Source: an uncultured Actinomycetes bacterium
GTDB lineage: Bacteria; Actinomycetota; Thermoleophilia; UBA2241
DNA: 64,000 bases
NCBI GenBank assembly: GCA_963725665.1
Contig: CAVRZA010000008.1
Location: 1 to 64,000, forward strand
Direction: 5' to 3'
Position numbers and translations under genes: made by a program. Shown here in pieces: positions 41,956-51,999 of the stretch (position 1 is its first letter; the number at the start of each line of letters is the position of its first letter). The notes beneath the pieces are model-generated. The model did no database searches, was not told where the DNA came from, and saw only the letters and a list, made by a program, of their open reading frames with translations.

Positions 41956-43076
41956 GTGTCGAGAGCAGCGACCATAGTCATCGACCTCGACGCCATCGAG
42001 CGCAACGCGCGCACGTTGGTGGAGCGGCTGCCCGGCATCGACATCACCGGCGTGACCAAGGTCACCTGCGGCGAGCCCGAAGTGGCGCACGCTCTCATCC
42101 GCGGCGGGGTGGCCGCCGATCGGCGATTCCCGTCTGCGCAACCTCACGACGTCTACGCCGCGGCGGCGTCACGGTGCCCGTTTGGCTCATCCGTGCGCCG
42201 CAGCCCGCCGAGGCGCTCGACACGGTGCGGCTCGCCGACGTCTCGCTCAACAGCGAGCTCGAGACCATCGCGGCCCTCGACGCCGCCTGTGCGCGTCTCG
42301 GCGAGCCGCACGAAGTCGTCCTCATGGTCGACGTCGGCGACCTGCGCGAGGGCGTGCTGCCCGACGATTTGCCTCGCCTCGTCGAGCAGGTCCTGGCGCT
42401 GCCGCACGTGCGTCTCGCCGGCATCGGCGTCAACCTGACCTGTTACGGGGCCATCGTGCCCAGTGTCGAGAACATCGGCCAGCTTGTCGCGCTCGCGCGT
42501 GAAGCCGAGGAGGCCACCGGACGCAAGCTCCTCGTCTCGGGCGGCAACTCCGGCAGCCTGCCGCTGGCGCTCTCGGGAGTCATGCCGGATGGCGTCACCA
42601 ACTTGCGCGTCGGCGAGTCCATCCTGCTGGGGTTGAACACGCTGACGCGCGAGCCGCTCATCCCCGAGCTCGCTCTCGACACCTTCACGGTGCGGGCGCC
42701 GGTGATCGAGTGTCTGGTGAAGCCATCGCTGCCCGTGGGCGAGGTCGCCCAAGACGCCTACGGCAACCGGCCCGTTTTCGTTGACCGAGGTCTGCGGCGG
42801 CGGGCCATCTGCCAGGTCGGGCGTCAGGACGTCGTCCCCGAGGGGCTCACGCCGCTCGATCCTCGCGTCGAGGTGCTGGGCGCGTCGAGCGACCATCTCG
42901 TGCTCGACGTCGAGGCGCTCGACGCGCCCCCCGCCCTGGGGAGCAAGATCTCGTTCCGTCCCAGCTACGCCTGCGTACTGCAGGCGATGACGTCGCCGTA
43001 CGTCGAGAAGGTCTTCAGCCGCATGCCTGAGTCGGTCGTGGCGCGGTCAGCCAGTGAGGAGGAAGAAGGAGAGGGC
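41956..43076 (+). CDS. orr: Ornithine racemase-like PLP enzyme (alanine-racemase fold); indels at ~42115-42150; no stop before the next gene
   Basis: GVTKVTCG (PLP Lys), IGDSRL, MVDVGDLREG, GVNLTCYG, SGGNSGS, LRVGESILLG, GASSDHL, MTSPYVEK. Confidence 0.85.
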
Positions 43077-44408
43077 ATGACTGACGGCCGCACGAAGGTG
43101 CTCATCATGGGAGCCGCGGGGCGCGACTTCCACAACTTCAACACGTTCTTCCGCGACAACGAGGACTACGAGGTCGTCGCCTTCACGGCCACGCAGATCC
43201 CCTACATCAACGACCGCAAGTACCCCGCCGAGCTCGCTGGTCGCCTCTATCCCGAGGGCATCCCCATCCACGACGAGTCGGAGATGCCCGAGCTGGTGAA
43301 GAAGCACGACGTCGAGCAGGTCGTGTTCGCCTACAGCGACGTGCGCTACGAGTACGTCATGCACCGCTCGGCGCTGGTGAACGCGCTGGGCGCCGACTTC
43401 CGTCTGCTCGGCCCCGACCACACGATGGTCAAGAGCACGAAGCCGGTGATCGCCGTGTGCGCCGTGCGCACGGGCGCCGGCAAGAGCCAGACCACGCGCA
43501 AGATCCAGGTGCTGCTGCGCGAGGCCGGCAAGAAGGTCGTCAGCATCCGCCATCCCATGCCGTACGGCGACCTCGTCAAGCAGCGCGTGCAGCGCTACGC
43601 GACGGTCGAGGACCTCGCCAGGTACGACTGCACCATCGAGGAGATGGAGGAGTACGAGCCGCACGTCAAGGCCGGCAATGTGATCTACGCCGGCGTCGAC
43701 TACGAGGCCATCGTGCGCGAGGCGGAGAAGGAAGCCGACGTCATCCTCTGGGACGGCGGCAACAACGACTTCAGCTTCTACAAGCCCGACCTGTACATCA
43801 CCGTCGCCGACCCGCATCGCCCCGGCGACGGCCTCGTGTACTACCCCGGCGAGGTCAACCTGCGTCTCGCCGACGTCATCGTGCTCAACAAGATCGACAC
43901 CGCCGACCGCGCCGGCATCGAGGCCGAGCTCGAGGCCGTGCGCTCGGTGAACCCCACGGCTCAGATCGTCATGGGCGCCTCGCCGGTGACGGTCGACGAC
44001 CCGGCTGCGGTCAAGGGCAAGCGCGTGCTCGTGGTCGAGGATGGACCTACACTCACGCACGGCGAGATGAAGTACGGCGCCGGCACCGTGGCCGCCAGGC
44101 AGCTCGGCGCCGCCGAGTTCATCGACCCACGGCCGTTCGCCGTCGGCGAGATCAAGGCGACGTTCGAGAAGTATCCGAACGTCGGCGTGCTGCTGCCGGC
44201 CATGGGCTACTCCGACGAGCAGCTCAAGGATCTCGAAACGACCATCAACACCTCAGGCGCCGACCTGGTCGTCATCGGCACCCCCATGGACCTGCGGCGC
44301 ATCATCGACATCAAACTGCCCGCGGTGCAGGTCAAATACGACCTGCAGGAGATCGGCAGCCCGACGCTGCGCGACATCCTGGTCGAGCGCGGGTTCATAG
44401 CTGTCTGA
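43077..44408 (+). CDS. arcE: COG2403 P-loop protein (cyclic 2,3-diphosphoglycerate synthetase-like; probable arginine synthetase)
   Basis: MGAAGRDFHNFN, FTATQIP, RTGAGKSQTTR, RHPMPYGDL, CTIEEMEEYEPH, WDGGNND, EDGPTLTHG, PAMGY; own SD; function inferred from position between racemase and OTCase. Confidence 0.7.
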   Translation: MTDGRTKVLIMGAAGRDFHNFNTFFRDNEDYEVVAFTATQIPYINDRKYPAELAGRLYPEGIPIHDESEMPELVKKHDVEQVVFAYSDVRYEYVMHRSALVNALGADFRLLGPDHTMVKSTKPVIAVCAVRTGAGKSQTTRKIQVLLREAGKKVVSIRHPMPYGDLVKQRVQRYATVEDLARYDCTIEEMEEYEPHVKAGNVIYAGVDYEAIVREAEKEADVILWDGGNNDFSFYKPDLYITVADPHRPGDGLVYYPGEVNLRLADVIVLNKIDTADRAGIEAELEAVRSVNPTAQIVMGASPVTVDDPAAVKGKRVLVVEDGPTLTHGEMKYGAGTVAARQLGAAEFIDPRPFAVGEIKATFEKYPNVGVLLPAMGYSDEQLKDLETTINTSGADLVVIGTPMDLRRIIDIKLPAVQVKYDLQEIGSPTLRDILVERGFIAV

Positions 44409-44430
44409 TCGCAGGGTTGCGGAAGAAGGC

Positions 44431-44476
44431 GCTCGCGGGCGGGCCGCCGTCACATGACGGCGTCCCGCCCGCGAGC
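44431..44476. terminator. Long GC hairpin after the arcE-like gene
   Basis: GCTCGCGGGCGGG..CGCCGTCA-c-ATGACGGCG..CCCGCCCGCGAGC; no U-tail. Confidence 0.4.
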
Positions 44477-44637
44477 TCTGACGCCCCAGTTTCCTCCCGC
44501 CACCTGCGGTCGCCCCAACGGTTCCCGTTGCCCGCGCTCTGCGCCGACGACCCCCGCCGCCGGGCGGCTCGGAGGCCCCCGATGCGTGACCTGTAGACTA
44601 GCCTGACCATCTGCCACCGATAGCGAAAGAGGGGGCC

Positions 44638-45609
44638 ATGTCGACTCCCGTCTCCGGGCTCGCCGAGCGCGCCGCCGGTCTGGGCCTCAAGGGCACGAGC
44701 TTCCTCACCATGCACCATCACACCCCGGCACAGATCGCCGGCCTGCTCGATCTGGCCGCCGACATCAAGGCGCACCACAAGGGCGGCGTCGCGCCGATGC
44801 TGCTCCAGGGACGCTCTGTGGCCATGATCTTCATGAAGACCTCGACGCGCACGCGCATCTCGTTCGAGGTCGGGATCACCCAGCTCGGGGCCCAGCCGCT
44901 GTTCCTCAACGCCAACGACATCCAGTTGCGCGTGGGCGAGACGATCAAGGACACGGCGCACGTGCTCTCGCGCTACGTCGACGCCATCATGATCCGCACT
45001 TTCGCCCAGAAGGACGTCGAGGACCTGCGCGACGAGGGCTCGATCCCCGTCATCAACGGCCTCACAGACGACTGGCACCCCTGCCAGGCCATGGCCGACC
45101 TGCTCACCATCCGCGAGCACTTCGGCGAGCTCGCTCGGCGGCGGCTTGTTTACGTCGGCGACGGCAACAACGTGGCCCACTCGCTGATGATCGGCGGCGC
45201 CAAGACCGGCATGCGCGTGACCGTCGCCACACCGGCGGACTACCAGCCCAAGGATTGGGTCGTCGCGTGGGCGCGCGAGGACGCCCGGGAGACCGACGCC
45301 ACGATCGATCTCACGACCGACCTGCGCGGCGCCGTGCGCGGGGCCGACGTGATCTACACCGACACCTGGACGAGCATGGGCCAGGAGGCCGAGGCTGCCG
45401 TGCGCGAGCAACGCCTGGCCGACTTCCAGGTCAATGCCGACCTGGTCGTCGAGGCTGGGCCGCAGGTGCGCGTCATGCACTGTCTCCCGGCGCACTGGGG
45501 CAAGGAGATCACCGAAGAGGTCCTCTACGCTCCGCAGTCGATCGTCTTCGACCAGGCCGAGAACCGCCTGCACGCGCAGAAGGCGATCATGGCGGCTCTC
45601 ATCGGGTAG
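44638..45609 (+). CDS. argF: Ornithine carbamoyltransferase
   Basis: KTSTRTR, HPCQAMAD, GDGNNV, YTDTWTSMG, HCLP, DQAENRLH. Confidence 0.95.
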   Translation: MSTPVSGLAERAAGLGLKGTSFLTMHHHTPAQIAGLLDLAADIKAHHKGGVAPMLLQGRSVAMIFMKTSTRTRISFEVGITQLGAQPLFLNANDIQLRVGETIKDTAHVLSRYVDAIMIRTFAQKDVEDLRDEGSIPVINGLTDDWHPCQAMADLLTIREHFGELARRRLVYVGDGNNVAHSLMIGGAKTGMRVTVATPADYQPKDWVVAWAREDARETDATIDLTTDLRGAVRGADVIYTDTWTSMGQEAEAAVREQRLADFQVNADLVVEAGPQVRVMHCLPAHWGKEITEEVLYAPQSIVFDQAENRLHAQKAIMAALIG

Positions 45610-45652
45610 GGGATCGCAGTCTGGGGAGGCGGCCGTTCCGCTGGCATCGGGC

Positions 45653-46873
45653 CTAGCCGGTCGACCTCTGCTCCGGTCTCGGTGGGGTTCCTCCGGACGA
45701 CTCGATCCGTCGTGAGACCCGCGCCAGCCCCACGGCCGCCACCGTCGCCGCCGCCGCGGCGACGGCGAGCATGAGGAAGACGTACTGCAGGCGTCCGCCG
45801 GCGGCGTCGGCGATGAGGCCGCCGGCGAGCGCCGCCAGCGAGCCGAAGCCAAACGACAGTCCGAAGCTGAAGCCGTACCCAACGCCGCGCCGGCCGGGAG
45901 ACGTGTACTTACCGGTGAAGGTGTTGTCCATCGGCTGCGTGGTGAAGTGCACGAAGCTGAACGTCATGAAGAGCAGCAATAGCGCCCAGTCCCAGGCGAA
46001 GAAGGCGAGCGCGAGAAGCGCTGCCTGCATCCCCAGAAGCAGCACGTAGAGGCGCTCTGGGCGCCGCCAGGCGCCGAGGTGGCCGCCGGCCCATTGGCCG
46101 AAGAAGCCGACGGCGTAGACCAGCGACGCGACGATGCCCCCGCGCACGAGCGGACTCGCGGGCAAGAAGTCGGCGCGCACGCCGGCGTATGAGGGCAGAA
46201 AGGTAACCACGCCGCGGAAGATGAAACCGAGCGCGATCGTGATCGCGTAGACGTAGACGAGCGCCTCGACGTAGGTGCGTCCGTGGCTGTGTCTGGTGGC
46301 TGGCGAGGCCGAGTGTGCGGCCGGCGCGGGCTCGTTCGCGGGTGCCCGCGCCAGCAGCACCACGCCCAGGACCACGCCGAAGCCTGCCGCGAGCGCGAAC
46401 GGCAGGCGCCATGAGACGAGCCAGGCGAGGATGCCGCCGAACGCCGGCGCGGCGGTGAGGCCGATGTTGCCGATCATGCCGTGGTGGCCGAGGAAGACGG
46501 GGTCGTTGCCGCTGGCCGTCGAGACGAGCGTCACCCCGGCGGTGTGGTAGAGGGAGCATGAGACGCCGAGGCCGAAGAGCGCTGCCGAGAAGGCGATGGG
46601 CGTGGGCGCGGCGGCGACCGCCAGGGCGGCCGCCGCCGCGCCCAGCACGCAGATACGCAGGAACGTGAGCGCGCGCACGCGGCCGATGGCGAGCCCTACG
46701 CCCAGGGCGCCGAAGCCGTACACCATGGTCGCGGCGGTGTAGACGCCGCCCAGGCTCGCGTAGTCGGCGTGCCACTGCGCCCGCAGCGCGAAGAGCACGG
46801 CGGGGAAGAGGCTCATGGTGAGGTGGACATAGGCGTGCGTGGCGTACACGGGGAGCAGGTGGCGGGAGCGCAT
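45653..46873 (-). CDS. MFS transporter
   Basis: ~12 hydrophobic segments in two halves; SLYHTAG, HGMIGNIG. Confidence 0.8.
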   Translation of the reverse strand: MRSRHLLPVYATHAYVHLTMSLFPAVLFALRAQWHADYASLGGVYTAATMVYGFGALGVGLAIGRVRALTFLRICVLGAAAAALAVAAAPTPIAFSAALFGLGVSCSLYHTAGVTLVSTASGNDPVFLGHHGMIGNIGLTAAPAFGGILAWLVSWRLPFALAAGFGVVLGVVLLARAPANEPAPAAHSASPATRHSHGRTYVEALVYVYAITIALGFIFRGVVTFLPSYAGVRADFLPASPLVRGGIVASLVYAVGFFGQWAGGHLGAWRRPERLYVLLLGMQAALLALAFFAWDWALLLLFMTFSFVHFTTQPMDNTFTGKYTSPGRRGVGYGFSFGLSFGFGSLAALAGGLIADAAGGRLQYVFLMLAVAAAAATVAAVGLARVSRRIESSGGTPPRPEQRSTG

Positions 46874-46959
46874 CGTCGCTCGCTGATCGTAGCGGCCGCG
46901 TCCGGCGGCCGGCGGCCCAGCGCCCGGCTGTCCGGCGGTCGCCCGCGACGAGGCCGTGT

Positions 46960-48594
46960 CTAGATCCAACTGCCGAACCACATGAGGCGGTAGAAGTGGG
47001 TCGACGGGATGGCCAGCGAGAGCACGATGGGCAGGAACACCAGGCACCATCCCACGACGGCCCCGGACCAGACCCAGAGGAACCGCCGCCGCAGGCCGCG
47101 GCACGGCGGAAGGACGAAGACGCCGATCAACACGGCCGCCGCCAGCACCCCCGCCGTCACGCTCACACCCCAGGCGAGGGCGGGGGAGACCGCATGCGGC
47201 AGCGTCCAGAAGACGGCCTTGGCTACTTGCCCGATGGGATACCAGAACAGCGTCATCACGGCCAGGCCGGCGGCGAACAGGATGAGCGGCCGACGAGTCA
47301 GCCAGGCCAGGACGGATCGGCCGGGCTCCTCCTCTGATCCACCGCCGAGCCCGCCGGCTTGCGTCTCGTCGGGGTCGGCCCGATCCCAGGGTGGGTGCTC
47401 AGGAAGCCTTACGTCGACCCCGTTCACGGTGGCGATCGCGGTCGCGACGAGCACGGCGAGCAGGGGCGCGACCGGCTGCATGTAGTACATGAACGAGGTC
47501 CGCGTGGTCAGGAACCATGGGAAGTAGAGGACGGCGACGAGCAGCGGCGCGACGGCGAGCCCGCGGCGGCGCCGCAGAAGAGCGACGAAGGGCAGCACGA
47601 GGAGACACGCCAGGGCGCTCCACCAGAGGAAGGCGTTGCCGATCGAGATGACGCCGTGGACGACGTCGTTCTTGCTCACGAAGTAGTACCAGACCGGGCG
47701 ATAGTCGGCGATCCAGGTCGGCGCCAGCGAGGCGTAGCTGTGGGTCGCGTGCAGGTGCAGGTTGAACTGCCACATCTGGCGCTGCAGCTCGCGCCACTGC
47801 GCCCAGGTGTGCCCCGCCGCGAAATACTGCCAGTAGCTCGCCACGTACAAGCCCACGGGGAGCGCTACGAGCAGGGCGAGCGGCGCCAGCGCCGCTCGCC
47901 CTGCTCGTAGCAACTTCGGCCACGCACCGGCATCCGGCTCGCCGGCGGGCCGGCTTCTCAGGAGGAAGAGCAGCAGGAGTGCGGCCAGCAGCGCATAGGC
48001 GCCCGACCACTTGGTGCCCAGAGCGAGGCCGCCGACGACGCCCGCGAGGACGAGCCAGAGCAGCCGGCGTCCGTCTTGCGCGTAGCGCAGGGTGAAGAGC
48101 AGGCAGAGCACCGTCCAGAGGCCGACGAAGATGTCGAGCGTGGCGATGCGCGATTGAGCGATGCCGAGCGTGTCGGCCGCCGCCAGCGCCAGGGCCAGGA
48201 GCGCCCAGACCGGCGCGAGGCCGAGCCGCCGCGCCAGCGGATAGACGCCGGCCAGCATCACGAGCCCGGCGAGGGCGCTGGCGAAGCGCCAGCCGAGGGC
48301 GTTGTCGCCGAAGAGAAGGATGCCGCCGGCGATGAGGAATTTGCCCCACTCGGGATGTGGCCAGGAGATCTCCTTGCCGGGCTCCCACGGGAAGGCCTTC
48401 TCGGTCGGCCCCACCCGCCCCTTGAGGATCGTCTTGGCGTCCTTGGCGTAGTAGACCTCGTCGAAGATGTAGGACTTGGGTGTGCCGAGGTGGTAGAAGC
48501 GCGCGCCGGCGGAGAGCGCGACGATCACCACGATGGCGATGATGACGAACCGGCGGGTCACGAGCCCGACCGAGCGGGAGCGGGCGCCGGGCAC
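46960..48594 (-). CDS. Protein O-mannosyltransferase (GT39/PMT family)
   Basis: IFDEVYY, HPEWGKFLI, SRIATLDIF, KWSG, HSYAS..W...RPVWYY, GNAFLWW, FMYY. Confidence 0.85.
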   Translation of the reverse strand: MPGARSRSVGLVTRRFVIIAIVVIVALSAGARFYHLGTPKSYIFDEVYYAKDAKTILKGRVGPTEKAFPWEPGKEISWPHPEWGKFLIAGGILLFGDNALGWRFASALAGLVMLAGVYPLARRLGLAPVWALLALALAAADTLGIAQSRIATLDIFVGLWTVLCLLFTLRYAQDGRRLLWLVLAGVVGGLALGTKWSGAYALLAALLLLFLLRSRPAGEPDAGAWPKLLRAGRAALAPLALLVALPVGLYVASYWQYFAAGHTWAQWRELQRQMWQFNLHLHATHSYASLAPTWIADYRPVWYYFVSKNDVVHGVISIGNAFLWWSALACLLVLPFVALLRRRRGLAVAPLLVAVLYFPWFLTTRTSFMYYMQPVAPLLAVLVATAIATVNGVDVRLPEHPPWDRADPDETQAGGLGGGSEEEPGRSVLAWLTRRPLILFAAGLAVMTLFWYPIGQVAKAVFWTLPHAVSPALAWGVSVTAGVLAAAVLIGVFVLPPCRGLRRRFLWVWSGAVVGWCLVFLPIVLSLAIPSTHFYRLMWFGSWI

Positions 48595-48689
48595 GGCCGG
48601 CGCTGCGGCTTGGCCGAGGGAGCTGATAGCTCAGGGGCAATCTCGTCGTATCGGCGGTTGCTGTGCATCGTCGGCCGCCATTATAGTTT

Positions 48690-50084
48690 TTGCCGAGCAT
48701 CCTGCCGCGAGCGACGGTGGCGTCTACGACGAAAGGGGAGACGATCAGACCGCGCAGTCTTTCGCCGTGCCATCGATCGCACCGGCGTCCCACGGAGGGG
48801 GGAACGAGGCCGCTGCGCAGGCTCGCGCTCGGCGTCGTCCTCGGTCTGGCGGTCGCCGTCCTCCTGCCGTCGCCGGCGACCGCCGTCGTCACGACGAGTT
48901 ACCAGACCCAGCCCCGACCGGGCGTCACGGAGCGTGTGATCTGGGGCCAGAACCAGGTCGCCATCTACAAGGTCTCCGGCGTCAACCACGTCGGCAGCAT
49001 GCACTTCGCCGTCCATTGGCGGCCGACGAGCGCCGACCTCGACATCTACCTGCTCGACCCCTCCCAGATCTCTCTCAACGAACCGCAGGGCTTTCTGGGC
49101 ACGTCCAAGGGGCGCGAGGCAATCGACTACTACGTCGCCTCGATTTCGCCGGCCGGACTGCAGCTCGGCGAGGACCCCGCCACGCACGAGCCCCGGCCGG
49201 TCGGCGACACCTACTACGTCGTCGTGACCGCCTACAACGGCTCCGCGCGCTTCTGGGTCGATGGGACATACCCGTACATCGCCGCGGGTGGCGGCACCGA
49301 CACGATCGGCCCTGCGAACCTCGCAGCCGCCACCTATCGCCGGCCGGTCTTTGCCGGCACGCGGTCGCGCCTCAGCGGCGCCGCCTTCGGCGCTCCGTTT
49401 GACTACGTCCCGACCTCGGTGGGCGTCGCGTCGGCGGCGCTCGAGTGGCCGGCCAACGTGGCCACGAAGCGCGTGACCTACGATCCCGTCGCCGCGCCGA
49501 AGCCGGCGAACTTCCAGCACTATGGGTTGGCTGGCTCGGTGCTCGACCCCGTGTTCGCCTCGCTTGGGCCGGCGAACTGGTCGCCACCGGTGCACGGCGA
49601 CCCGCCGTCGTGGTACAGCCTCTTCGCCACCTACACGGTGGCGCGCTCGACACCCACGCCGCCCGGGCGCCTGGAGCACTACGTCCCGGTGCTGTACCTG
49701 GTCGCCAAGGACCCCGCCCTGGGGCCCGACGGCCCGCTTAGGACGGGGATCAGCACCGTCGGCTACAAGGCGACGCTCGACTTTCCGCAGAACCTCTACC
49801 TGGCCAGCGCCCCGGGTAGCGTGCTACGGGGCATGCCGGTCGCCCTCAAGGGAACGCTGGCACGCGATGGCAGCTGGGCGCCTGCGAAGACCCCGGTGAG
49901 GATCCAGCGGCTCAATGACGGGGAGTGGAGGACGGTCGTCACGACTCGGGTGGGCAAGAACGGCGCCTGGACGGCGATCCTCTACCCGCGGACGAGCGCG
50001 CGCTGGCGCGCCGAGGCGGCGGGCGACGCGCTCACGGGCCTCGCGCTGGAGCACTCCACGGTCCGTAGGATAGTCGTCAACTGA
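48690..50084 (+). CDS. Secreted hypothetical protein (true start probably ~48813)
   Basis: Signal peptide RRLALGVVLGLAVAVLLPSPATA after a GGAGGGGG SD; DLDIYLLDP beta-sandwich-like segment; Pro/Thr-rich. Confidence 0.65.
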   Translation: MPSILPRATVASTTKGETIRPRSLSPCHRSHRRPTEGGTRPLRRLALGVVLGLAVAVLLPSPATAVVTTSYQTQPRPGVTERVIWGQNQVAIYKVSGVNHVGSMHFAVHWRPTSADLDIYLLDPSQISLNEPQGFLGTSKGREAIDYYVASISPAGLQLGEDPATHEPRPVGDTYYVVVTAYNGSARFWVDGTYPYIAAGGGTDTIGPANLAAATYRRPVFAGTRSRLSGAAFGAPFDYVPTSVGVASAALEWPANVATKRVTYDPVAAPKPANFQHYGLAGSVLDPVFASLGPANWSPPVHGDPPSWYSLFATYTVARSTPTPPGRLEHYVPVLYLVAKDPALGPDGPLRTGISTVGYKATLDFPQNLYLASAPGSVLRGMPVALKGTLARDGSWAPAKTPVRIQRLNDGEWRTVVTTRVGKNGAWTAILYPRTSARWRAEAAGDALTGLALEHSTVRRIVVN

Positions 50085-50226
50085 CGCGAAGAAGGGGACG
50101 GCTCTTCCATCCTTGGGACGACCACCGCCACGAAAGGGGCGCACACGACCATGGGCAAGATCTCGATGAGCCTGCCTGCTGGGTCGATGTCGCCCAGCGC
50201 GCACAGGCGCGCGATGGGAGGTCCTC

Positions 50227-51780
50227 TTGGCTGATCGTCTCGCCCAGACGGAGGTCGTCGTCGGTGAGCGGCCTCTGCTGATCGAGGACGTCGTCGCGGT
50301 CGCGCGCGGTGGCGCGGCCGTGAGGCTGGACGCCGCCGCGCGCGACCGCATCGACCGCGCCCGCGCGGTCGTCGAGCAGATCGTGGCCGACGAACGCGTC
50401 GTCTACGGCGTCACGACGGGCTTCGGGCAGCTCGCGACGACACATATCCCGGCGACCAAGGCGCGCGAGCTGCAGGAGAACCTCATCCGCAGCCACGCCG
50501 TCGGCGTGGGCGAGCCGTTGGCGCGCGACGTGGTGCGCGCGGCGATGGTGATCCGCATCAACACCATCGCCAGAGGTCACTCCGGTGTGCGCACCTCGGT
50601 CGTCGACCTGCTCGTCGAGCTCCTCAAGCGCGACCTCGTAGGCTGGGTGCCGTCGCGCGGCTCGCTGGGGGCGAGCGGCGACCTCGCCCCGTCGGCGCAC
50701 CTGGTGCTGGCGATGATGGGGGAGGGAGAGCTGCTGGGCGCTCACGGGGAGCGGGTCGCCGCTCGCCCCGCGCTCGCCGCCGCTGGCCTCGAGCCTCTGC
50801 GTCTGGAGGCCAAGGAGGGCGTCTCCCTCATCAACGGCACACAGTTCATGGCCGCCGTCGGCTGCCTGGCGGTGGCCGACGGTGAGAGCGTGCTCGACTC
50901 GGCCGACCTGATCGGGGCGATGAGCATCGAGGGACTCAAGGCGTCGGTTGGTCCGTTCCAGGATCGCATCCAGCTTCTGCGCCCCATCCCCGGCCAGTTG
51001 CACACGGCGCGCCACGTGCGCGCCGCGACCGAGGGCAGCGAGATCATGCTCAGCCATCTCAACTGCGACAAGGTGCAGGACGCCTACTCGATCCGCTGCA
51101 TCCCGCAGGTCCACGGGGCCTGTCGCGACGCCTTCCGCTGGCTGCGTGAGGTCGTCTCGATCGAGATCGAGTCGGTGACCGACAACCCGCTCATCTTCCC
51201 CGACACCGGTGAAGTGATCTCGGCCGGCAACTTCCACGGCGAGCCGCTGGCGCTAGCCCTCGACGTGGCCGCCATGAGCATGGCCGAGATCGGCGGCATG
51301 TCCGAACGGCGCACCTTTCGGCTCCTCTCGCCGTTCCTTTCGGGGCTGCCGCCCTACCTTACGCGCGAGAGCGGCCTCAACAACGGCTACATGATCTCGC
51401 AGTACACTGCCGCGGCGCTCGTGGCCGAGAACCGCATCCTCTCCCATCCGGCGAGCGTCGACTCCCTGCCTACTTCAGGCGATCAGGAGGACCACGTCAG
51501 CATGGGCATGACGGCGGCCCTCAAGCTGCAGACCGTCATGCGCAACACCGAACTGATCCTCGGCATCGAGGCGCTCTGCGCGGCGCAGGCGATCGATCTG
51601 CTGGCCCCGCTCCAGCCCGGTGCGGGCACCAGGCGCGGCTACGAGCTCGTGCGAGGCGTAGCCCCGCCCCTCGAGGGTGACCGCTACCTGGCACCCGAGA
51701 TCGAGGCCTGCGGTGAGCTCGTGCGCCGAGGGGCTTTCGCAGGGCTGGTGCGCGAGCTGCACGGCGACGAGGGCGGCTGA
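50227..51780 (+). CDS. hutH: Histidine ammonia-lyase
   Basis: VYGVTTGFG, LQENLIRSHA, GASGDLAP (MIO), QDAYSIRCIPQV, GNFHG, QEDHVSMG. Confidence 0.95.
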   Translation: MADRLAQTEVVVGERPLLIEDVVAVARGGAAVRLDAAARDRIDRARAVVEQIVADERVVYGVTTGFGQLATTHIPATKARELQENLIRSHAVGVGEPLARDVVRAAMVIRINTIARGHSGVRTSVVDLLVELLKRDLVGWVPSRGSLGASGDLAPSAHLVLAMMGEGELLGAHGERVAARPALAAAGLEPLRLEAKEGVSLINGTQFMAAVGCLAVADGESVLDSADLIGAMSIEGLKASVGPFQDRIQLLRPIPGQLHTARHVRAATEGSEIMLSHLNCDKVQDAYSIRCIPQVHGACRDAFRWLREVVSIEIESVTDNPLIFPDTGEVISAGNFHGEPLALALDVAAMSMAEIGGMSERRTFRLLSPFLSGLPPYLTRESGLNNGYMISQYTAAALVAENRILSHPASVDSLPTSGDQEDHVSMGMTAALKLQTVMRNTELILGIEALCAAQAIDLLAPLQPGAGTRRGYELVRGVAPPLEGDRYLAPEIEACGELVRRGAFAGLVRELHGDEGG

Positions 51781-51814
51781 GCCGCTCGCGTCGCAAGGCT
51801 GGCTGTGCGGCGAT

Positions 51815-51890
51815 CCGCCCGCCAGCGAGCCGCCCGCCAGCGAGCCGCCTGCCAGCGAGCCGCCTGCCAGCGAGCCCGTTCGCCAGCGAG
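51815..51890. repeat. Tandem repeat, 15-bp unit CCGCCYGCCAGCGAG x4 plus one degenerate copy
   Basis: Units start at 51815, 51830, 51845, 51860 and 51875. Confidence 0.9.
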
Positions 51891-51925
51891 CTTGCGCGCG
51901 ACAGCGGGGCGGACGACTCCAAGAC

Positions 51926-51937
51926 GAACACTTGTTC
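51926..51937. promoter_or_regulatory. LexA (SOS) box-like site GAACACTTGTTC
   Basis: GAAC-N4-GTTC; exact reverse complement of lexA box 1. Confidence 0.5.
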
Positions 51938-51970
51938 CCGGTCTTTCACCTGAACTTCGTCTCGGGTGGG

Positions 51971-51999
51971 TTGGACTCGGGGCATTAGATTGTGATACT
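51971..51999 (+). promoter_or_regulatory. Sigma70-type promoter upstream of satP
   Basis: TTGGAC-N17-GATACT with a TG extension. Confidence 0.45.

Noticed and set aside
23040-42150. Programmed frameshifting or true pseudogenes in addB-like, lhr, nei and orr
   Set aside because: No slippery heptamers with stimulators, motifs are intact, and the indels are spread over unrelated genes
50085-50226. Structured hutH leader (antiterminator or riboswitch)
   Set aside because: Only short stems; no terminator U-tract and no His-rich leader ORF seen
51815-51890. CRISPR array
   Set aside because: 15-bp units with no spacers and no cas genes; no CRISPR array seen anywhere in the window
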